Source: Octopus bimaculoides
Taxonomy: Eukaryota
DNA: 64,000 nt
Assembly (NCBI RefSeq): GCF_001194135.2
Contig: NC_068983.1
Coordinates: 62,752,827-62,816,826 of the forward strand
Reading direction: 5' to 3'
Made by a program: the position numbers and the translations under genes. Below, one piece after another: positions 61,330 through 64,000 of this stretch. How positions within the stretch are numbered: the stretch's first letter is position 1; every line of letters starts with the position of its first letter. The notes under the pieces are model-generated. The model was not told where the DNA came from. It did not search any database and worked only from the letters and a program-made list of their open reading frames with translations.

Positions 61330-62820
61330 GTTGTTGTTGTTGCTACTGCTATTGTCGTTGTTATTGTTGTTATTGTGCATGTGGGCTGTGTTTGTTATGT
61401 TGATGGTTGTGGCGGTGCTTGATGAGTTTGTGAGTCGTTTGTGACAGTAGTACTGGTGTAGTATTTGCTTGCTGCAGTTTTTGGTTTGCGTCCCTTATCT
61501 CCAGTTTTGGAGGTGTTTTCGTTGTCTTTTGTTATTTCAATCATTTTCCTTTGTTTGTTTCTTTTTTACCACTCCTCCTCCTAGGCATATTCGCCACGTG
61601 TAGTGTCTGACCGTTTGGAATCGGGCCGTAGCATATTATGTAATGAAGTTGCAAGGTGGCTGTTGTGGTTATTGGTCTTTCTGTTGCTTGTGTTGATGTT
61701 GTTACATTTTTGACTTTGGTGGATGTTGTTGGTGGAGTGGGTCCTTTGGTGCCAGGAGAAGAGGGGTCTCTTCTCTTTTTCCTTCAATGGTGGGCAGTGT
61801 GTAGTCGAAAGGCAGGTGTGACACTTAGTCTTCATATCTTCCATCCTAACCGGTAAATTGATGCCACCTGGGAGATCTATCTGATCTCGGATGGCATCCA
61901 TATTTTTGCGACTGGTTTGGATGAGGAGTTTTATTCCCCACCCGACTGGTTCTCGTTTTTAGTCTGGTGGACTTCGAATTTCTGTGTTTTCGTCGAAGTC
62001 TACTGTCACTGAAGCAGTTATCCAAAGACTGGTTACCTCTGGCAGGACATACTGGATACGGATTCTTGCAAGCCTCTAACCGCAGTAGTAAGGGAGAAAT
62101 AAACGGCTATTACGTTTCAAGACTTAGTAAGTGAGGTTTTTTCCTCCTCCTCCTCCTCTATTTCAAATCTTATTTCTACTGTTTCATGACTCCTTCTTCT
62201 TGGAAATATTTGGTCGCAAACAGAACTTAAATGAATTTTGGATTGGAGCTTTTGTGGCTCCTTCTACCCTTCTCGACTTTAATCCATTAATATGGCACGT
62301 TGCTGTGCAGCATACGGTATTTCGGATGGCGTCGATTAGGTGCTAAGATTGTCCATCTCGCTCTACTAACCGTCTGACCTTGCTGATTTCTTCCTCAGAG
62401 TAGTTCAATCGTTAGAAAGAAGTAAAGACGACCTAGAGGCACTAACGAATGAGAGACTAGTGTTTATAGTTTTGCCTTTGCACTGTCCTGTTAGTGTGTT
62501 CTCTTGTCGTTGCTAGATTCGTTGCTGCTGTTGTTGTTGCTGTTGTTGTTGCTGTTGTTGTTTCTAATGCTGTTGTTGTTGTTGTTGTTTTTGTTGTTGC
62601 TCATGTTTTTCTCAGAAAGCGCCTTCGATGTGTTGATGTTTTGGTATTTGTCATCTCACACACGACCGACTTCGATTCGTTTACATTTGTCATCGCAGTT
62701 GTTGTTGCTATTATTGTTGCCGTTGCCATTGTAGCTGTCATTGTTGTTATTTGTGTCACTGTTGTTAACAACTGCATTATTTTCCATTCTCGAATCCATA
62801 TTATTAAAAATGATATGACC
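61330..62820 (-). mobile_element. Decayed LINE ORF1 (gag-like, zinc knuckle)
   Basis: Minus strand: ETVEIRFE..RLARIRIQYVLPEV..MDAIRDQIDLPGGINLPVRMEDMKTKCHTCLSTTH (CX2CX4H at ~61797-61823). Stops and frameshifts throughout; low-complexity flanks. Boundaries approximate. Confidence 0.5.
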
Positions 62821-62894
62821 TTGTTATATTTTCGTCCACTTTGAAATGACGTTGCCTTCGTTCACCATCTCCACTTCAGTTGTTGAAAGGGACT

Positions 62895-62994
62895 CTGTGT
62901 GTGTGTGTCTGTCTGTCTCTGTCTGTCTGTCTATCTCTGTCTCTGTCTCTGTCTCTCTCTGTCTCTCTCTTTTTCTCTCTCTCTCTCTCTCTCT

Positions 62995-63081
<87 letters not shown>
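62895..63081. repeat. (TG)/(TC)n microsatellite
   Basis: Direct reading. Confidence 0.95.
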
Positions 63082-63085
<4 letters not shown>

Positions 63086-63284
63086 TATATTGTTATGTCG
63101 TCTCTTTTCCGTGTTAACGTTTTTGTTGAAATTTTTTTCTGTGAATATCAACGTCATATCAAGTGTATAGCCCCAGCTATGAGAAGCGGGTGAGACCCAT
63201 TAAATTTTGTCAAGTTGAAAAGAATAACAAAAGGATAGAGTCGGGGGAAAACAAACAACATAACTGTAACTTCCTAGAGCCGAT

Positions 63285-63799
63285 GTGATGCGTTCCTTCC
63301 AACATACAGTAGCTCTCATAGCTTGACTTGGTATAAAAGATGGGCTACAGCATATATTCCGCTCAATACCACAGATTTGCCTGTCAGTTTCTTGACCTTA
63401 AACAGTTGAGCATCTTCCATAGTGGCTGACGATATATGAATCTCTAATCACGAACAGGAATAATGGTGGAGCAGTTTAACCATGTGTTGAAAGAAATTCT
63501 TCGGGGCCTGAATAATTCAACCCTGGAAACATGCGTGTTATTTTTTATCATCCTTAAACAACTGAGAGTCCTGAACCTTTTGAACGCGATGGGCTACTCG
63601 ACCTGATGAAAATTTTAACTGGGTCTTACCTGCAAGATCATGCACTGCTTCTCTTGTTACGAGGTCACTATGTCGTGAACATATGGTTGTGAAGCTTGTT
63701 TTGGTTTAACTTTATCAGCAAGAAGTCATGCTGGTCATATTGGACTTCGTGTATTTGTGCCCCAGTGTCACATTGATGGCATGCGTTGCTCTCTCACTC
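63285..63799 (-). mobile_element. Retroposon family D copy (older)
   Basis: Colinear with 8819-9372, from CTTGGTATAAAAGATGGGCTACAG to CTCTCACTCAATAAT. Confidence 0.75.
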
Positions 63800-64000
63800 A
63801 ATAATGATGATATCAGTTTATATAACTAATCTGTTAATAATATCAGTTTATATGTCTGTAATAATATCAGTTTACATAACTAATCTGTTCATATTACTAA
63901 TATGTTGAAATTTCTGCTACATAACCGTCATTGAAGCATGATAGTTCCACATTGAAATCTAATTTGGCAATTTAATCACACAGTTGATTGAGGTAGTAGT

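Overview
AT-rich, microsatellite-saturated, gap-ridden eukaryotic draft sequence. The tRNA-derived SINE families and simple-repeat load point to an octopus (coleoid cephalopod); this assignment is an inference. I could not confidently identify any host protein-coding exon, and almost all ORF-track entries are microsatellite or N-gap artefacts. The window is intronic or intergenic DNA made of: several SINE-like families; decayed R4/Dong-clade LINEs sitting in (AAT)n, (AAC)n and (TACA)n tracts; an RTE-type LINE 3' end with an intact three-finger C2H2 ORF; a Penelope-like (PLE) reverse transcriptase pseudogene; a decayed LINE ORF1; and three mariner relics. The most interesting signal is a set of minimal type I hammerhead ribozyme motifs with palindromic stem III. 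The best is at 2594-2666, and others lie at 42121-42206, 42385-42470, 60849-60894 and 32311-32415. Two ~1 kb palindromes (3395-4412 and 41848-42966) each carry a divergent pair of hammerhead or hammerhead-like motifs.
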